Of a stretch of DNA of 32,770 bases, positions 28,101-32,770 are shown in pieces; the first letter of the stretch is position 1; every line of letters begins with the position of its first letter. The position numbers and the translations under genes were made by a program. The stretch comes from Klebsormidium nitens (Eukaryota > Plantae > Klebsormidiophyceae), in assembly GCA_000708835.1 (NCBI GenBank), contig DF237736.1:1-32770 (forward strand). Reading direction: 5' to 3'. The notes beneath the pieces were generated by a model. That model did no database searches. It saw only the letters and a program-made list of their open reading frames with translations, and was not told the DNA's origin.

Positions 28101-29452
28101 CTACAGGAATCACAAGTGGTCGATAAACATCAAGAAAAGGAGAGAACATTACCAGGCACGCAACAGGTGCACTTGCAGAGCAGCTCTGAATACCCTTTGC
28201 TAAGAGGAGTTTGTTGACAGGCCAACATAGTGGAGCTGCTTAGAGCTTTTTCTCACCACTGTCCAAGAGGCGGACGCCGTCTTCCAGCTCCCGCACATCA
28301 ATGTTGATCTTCAGGTTCTTCAGGGCCGCAAGAAGATCCCGATGCTCCAGCAGTAAACCAGCTAGGAGTCCCACACTGCCTTTCGTGATCTCCTCACCCA
28401 ACCTGGTCTTGCCAATCCCAGGACCTCCTTGCCATGGAGACGCGTGAACTTGGTCCCGCGGGATCCTGCGCCCTGCATAGAAGTCATTGGTGCGGAGCGT
28501 AGCCATCAGCTGCAGAGAAGGGTAACTGCATCAGTCACAAGAAGATTGCCAAAACCTCTGTTTAGGACCCCCAGAAGTCAGACTGCCTGCAGGAAATTTA
28601 TCGTAGACAGAGGAAGAGACAACTGTTCAGCATTCATCCATAGATGCCCCTTGGAGGTCTTTGAACAAGCAAAGGAACAAGGACGTGAAAGTAGTAGGCC
28701 TCTGAAGTCCAATCACGAGGGACTTACTTCTTGAAGAACTTCTAAGACTTCTGCTTCTCTGCCCACAAACATCGAAACCTCTGGCTCCGGAGGGACTCTC
28801 TGAAGATGTTGCGATAGGATCGCATGAACAGCTTCCAAGTCACGGCAGGAGCGCAGCCTGACACATAGGGCAAGCGAAAAGTAAGGACCATAGAGGAGGG
28901 AGAAGTGGTGCGCCGCTACGCAATTGACCTTTGAGTGCAATGATGGACTAAGCATCAGCTGTAGACTGCAGGATGCTTTCTTACGCAACTACAGCAATGT
29001 TCCCTGTCAGTCAAATCATCAACTGCAGTCTACTTTCAACAAGCACCAGGGGAGGCGAAATTGAAATTCACAGGGAATGAGCCTCAGAAACCCTAAGAAC
29101 CTTCTGAAGTGACTAATTCTTAGGAGTCCTACCTCCTGATGATTCCCTGGGTATCTTTGCCCTCAGCATCGCCTGCAAAGAAACCGCCCTTCTCAGCGGT
29201 GACTCTCAGCCTATTAGCTGCTACCGTCTGGACATGGACTCTTTCTCGCAGCAGACTTTGCCTACCTAGACTGACAGGAGGTGGTGGTGGTGGTTTTACT
29301 CGAGAACGGAAGAGTGGCGGATGTACAAGACTGTGCAGACCTGCTGCAAAGCACCCGACAGGAGTGAGTCTGCAAGAGAGAGTGGATGGGGAAACCTCAT
29401 GTCTGTGTGAGAAGGGACGTGCTTGAACCACCTGTGTGGCTGGGCACGACAT
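25141..29452 (-). CDS. Crinkler/RHS (CR)-type P-loop NTPase + restriction-endonuclease-like protein with a transit-peptide-like N-terminus; 7 exons, 857 aa
   Basis: Exons (minus): 29452-29133, 28857-28728, 28509-28257, 28100-27922, 27588-27351, 26964-26015, 25644-25141. All introns are GT-AG and phase-compatible, total 2574 nt with no stop. Motifs: FVGREAEV, Walker A GGPGIGKT (28428-28405), Walker B IIVMDEIQ, MFIPMGT, GGVPRYL, GTRLEEMV, and C-terminal ASG..AADLH...IFSCK (PD-(D/E)xK-like). The start codon is inferred. Confidence 0.7.
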
Positions 29453-29854
29453 TGCGAAGACTTGTGATACTATTGCAGTAGCGACTGTCTGAAAGCCTGC
29501 ATCTAGGCAGCTAGGGTGGTCAAGCGGCACCTGGTGGAAGCAGCCACTGCAACTTGTGCAAGTTCTCAGGCTTCCAACTTTTCTCAAGTTGGAGTGGAGT
29601 CAGGAGTCGAGACTCGAGAGTCGGTCCTCTGCAATGAAAAAGCCTCGGCCGATCGGAAGGCTTTTCAGATCGTGGTTTTGGCCATAAAAACAACGATCGA
29701 AAAATCCGGGAAGTCGCAAAACTCGATTTTTCGAAGCCCAGTGTGGAAAGGCTTTCCGAGCGATTCCTCAAGAAAGAGGGCTTCTCCAAAAAGCCCGGAA
29801 CCACGAAGTCGCTCAGTGTGGAGGCCGCCCAGGAGTCCTCTGCAATCTACATGA

Positions 29855-29900
29855 CAACTAACATAAAACTGGCCAATCTCGAGCCGCCACGTGTCCCCCA
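29855..29900. promoter_or_regulatory. Diverged copy 3 of the CCAAT/G-box module
   Basis: caactaacataaaactggccaatctcgagccgccacgtgtcccc aligns with the 105-bp repeat (caactaac...cataaaagccgccaatctccgcgcgccacgtgtcccc). G-box 29886-29895, ~430 bp upstream of the NTPase-REase ATG. Confidence 0.6.
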
Positions 29901-30448
29901 CTTCCGTCTGAGCCGGTGGCCTCGGTTGTCCGCTACGGGTCTGGCCCGACCGGATCAGTTTCCGAGTGGGGCAGTTTGAGTCGGAGGGCCAAAATTCGGG
30001 CCGCACGTTGAATTACGTATACCACCGGTGAGAGGGCCAATATATATTCCGCCAAAAACTCTGCCCCCACGTTGCATTACGTATTACATTCTGGTGTAAT
30101 TTCGGTACGTATCAGCGTCTCCTCGCGACACGTGTACGTGTTTACGGTACCTTTGGGTACGTGGACGCTTCTGAGGCCTTTGCGACTCGACAAAATTTTG
30201 ACCAGGCGGCAGCCTCCGCCCTATAAATTCCAAATTTGCAGACGCAAATTCTCAGTCCCAGTTTCCATACCTTCCCAACAAGCACCAAACCGCCTACTCC
30301 GGACCCACTGAAGCGCCGACCAGTACTACTTGCGAGCAAGAGCCTGATTCTAAAACAACGAAAGTGTGATTTGAGTGCCATACCTTTCAATAGAAGCCGG
30401 CGCTCGGAAAGGGGCCTGCCCGAGCCAGCCAGGAGCCAACCATGCCTA

Positions 30449-30507
30449 CAACTAACCAACAGATGGATCTTCCGGGCCGCCACGTGTCCCACCACCGAAG
30501 AAGCAGG
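30449..30507. promoter_or_regulatory. Diverged copy 4 of the G-box module
   Basis: caactaaccaacagat...ccgggccgccacgtgtcccc...gaagcagg aligns with the 105-bp repeat. G-box 30479-30488. Confidence 0.55.
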
Positions 30508-30937
30508 CTGTCCCTTAAATTTCCCAGTTGTGTGTCGCCCGGTCTGCCATGGGTCTGGCATTCCACGGGGGCTGCCGAAACACTAGTCGGTAGAGAATCG
30601 TCTCCGTGCCTGGTTCGGATTGCAAAGGCTTTTGAAATGTGCAAATATATTTGCGTCCATAAGTAGGAGTCCTGTTCGATTTGGGTATGTGTTATTTAAA
30701 TATGTATACCAAGATACCTATTTTCATCTGCTTCGATCCTACCAATATTGCTTCGGCAATTTTTATATGTCGATACGGAGTCTTTGGTCTCGGATTTGCG
30801 CTGCCAAACCTGAAGCTGGAGTGGGCCACTTGTCAGCATTTTCGCCAACTTGGGTGAGTCAGCTGAGCTAGAGTCTGGTAAGTTCGCGCCAAGACTCATC
30901 AATCAGCAGGGACATCAGGAACATCAGGGACACATGC

Positions 30938-31250
30938 TCAGACTGTCGGTCCACTTCGTGCTAGGGCAGGACTGCCATTTGTACTAGTAGCTATCATCAC
31001 TGACCAAGTTCTAGCTGCTGTGAAGTTTTTAAGAGCAGCAAAACTCTGGTCTTGTGGAAGATTCGCGTTCTCGTAAGTCACTTCAGCAAGCAGATTGGTC
31101 GTTGCAAACCCGTGGCCGCCCGGTACAGATCGCTTTCCATAGATTGACATCTGATCCCCGGGCCGACCAAAAACTCCAGTCAAGGCACGGAGAGCAGCCA
31201 GCAGACTGCCTCCCTCTCGGTGGTTTTCAGACTCAGTTGGCAGGCGGCCG
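30938..31250 (-). other. Possible exon of an unidentified, probably degraded minus-strand gene
   Basis: Open, protein-like frame (GRLPTESENHREGGSLLAALRALTGVFGRPGDQMSIYGKRSVPGGHGFATTNLLAEVTYENANLPQDQSFAALKNFTAARTW) with a possible ag acceptor and gtcagt donor. No family recognised. Confidence 0.25.
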
Positions 31251-31865
31251 TCTAATCAGCTGTCACAGTTGCCACATGCTGGTATTGTCAGGTAAGTACA
31301 GATATTCATCCTTTCTGCACCTCTGAAGGAATAGAAACGGCGTTCAGCAGACGCCACCATGTAACTTCACTGAGGTACCAAAGCGTCAAGAGTAATATCA
31401 AAGTCCAACTTTCGTCTTGCAGAATGCGTTCAGTCGGATGTCAATTTGGGCCGGAGGCTCGTGGATGTCTGGTACTTTCCAGCGGAACCGGGCGCTCTGC
31501 TTCATATGAACAGTCCTCTTTCGCTTGTGATCGCTTCATTTTACATCGATGTGTCCGCCACTCTTTCTGGCTGAACACATCGATCAATAGCACACCATCG
31601 TAGAGTGTACGCAGGGCATTGTGGAGGCGGAAGAGGCAACGTCAGGGTGGCCACAATCGGCAGATAGAGTAGGCTAACAATCAGTAGATGACTGAAGGAG
31701 TGGATCACTTGGGTGGTTTCGGCTCCAACGACGGACTTGAAGCTGGTTGAATACTTTCCCAAGATGGGGCCTGCACTTAATCAGGGGCAAGGTTGCGCTA
31801 TGCATGGCAAATTACTCAATGTTGAGACAAGGAGCGCCCTTCAGGATTTCTGAGGTGGACAGTTG

Positions 31866-32131
31866 GGACACCAAGGACAGCAGGGACACTCATCGGCACA
31901 CATAAACGTTCCGGTTGGAACAAAGAGTCTAGAGACTGTAGTTTTGATCGAACATGATGTTGCTTGGGACACATGGACACTTCGGACACCGAGGACACCA
32001 GGGACACTCATCCGCACACACAAACATTCCGGTCGGAACGAAAAGTCTAGACACAAAAGCTTGCGATGCATAGTTTGTGCTCGAACAGAAGTTGCTTGGG
32101 ACACATGGACACTTGAGACACATGGACACTT
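31866..32131. repeat. Tandem duplication (~118/132-bp units) built from GGACAC words
   Basis: ggacacc(a/g)aggaca(g/c)cagggacactcatc(g/c)gcacaca..aaac(g/a)ttccggt(t/c)ggaac..agtctaga...gttgcttgggacacatggacactt starts at 31866 and 31984, plus a partial third gacacatggacactt. Confidence 0.85.
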
Positions 32132-32770
32132 GGGAATTGACGAGTCGTGTTTGTTCCGCGAGAGTCTCTACTTTTGACAGGGGGCGTCCGGAAAGTAGGA
32201 TGTCAACTTGGATATTGGTGTGGTTGCCATTGGTTGTGTCGCTGATACCAACGCTTTGCTCAGTTCGTTTTGTGATGACTGTCCATGAAGGGCACAGAAA
32301 GCGACACGTGCTTTGAACACTGTGAAACTCCTGCATGGTGGCCAACCGCTACCTCATCTGACAGCTCTTCTCGCGTCCTCCTTATATGCAGAATCAAGTA
32401 GCCGAAGTCTTGTTGATTCAGGAGAACAGAAGAACATTGATCAGAGACTGCAGCTTCAGTCGTCTGGAGCACTTTGATGGCAGCTGGCAGCAGTGATCGT
32501 AAGTGCTCTAATTTTTAGCAGCGACATACCACGTGGTTGGTGTCCAGATCAAAATGACAGGAGAGCAAGAAAACGACCAGTTTTTGGGCATGGTAAGCGA
32601 TCTGAGCCGTCTGCCAGATTTGAGTTGAGTAGCTCAATCAACAGAATTGTTTCTGCCAAAGGTTCGCCACACTTTGCTAATGGATGGATGTAGTTGGGCT
32701 GTGACGATTCGAGTCTATGAATCTTCATATCGAACTCGTCCCAGTATATTGTCCGCGCGCGTATGGCGTA

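Noticed and set aside
31841-32345. Cys-rich CPWCPRCPKCP / CPCCPWCPNCP ORFs resembling metal-binding proteins
   Set aside because: They are translations of the GGACAC-based tandem repeat, and open frames occur on both strands.

Overview
Eukaryotic, intron-rich genomic DNA with GT-AG introns and CTGAC/CTAAC branch points. The genes are plant-type, and the sequence resembles a streptophyte green alga such as Klebsormidium (inference). Three host-type genes can be built from splice sites and frame continuity. (1) An intact 6-exon adenylyl-sulfate (APS) kinase on the minus strand (6114-12637). (2) A 5-exon NCA1-like RING+TPR catalase-chaperone gene on the plus strand (20652-23191) that carries three frameshifts. 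(3) An intact 7-exon, 857-codon minus-strand gene (25141-29452) joining a transit-peptide-like N-terminus to a Crinkler/RHS-type P-loop NTPase and a restriction-endonuclease-like C-terminus; this is the most unusual coding feature. The rest is mostly transposon material: the 3' part of a Plavaka/CACTA-like transposase, a LINE 3' end with a (GATT)n tail, an LTR-like segment, a 521-bp MITE at the APK 5' end, and a degraded intron-containing DUF6729/MULE-like DDE transposase. That transposase is bracketed by two identical 105-bp direct repeats that carry a CCAAT + G-box module, and diverged copies of the module recur upstream of the NTPase-REase gene. All family assignments come from motif recognition, not database searches.
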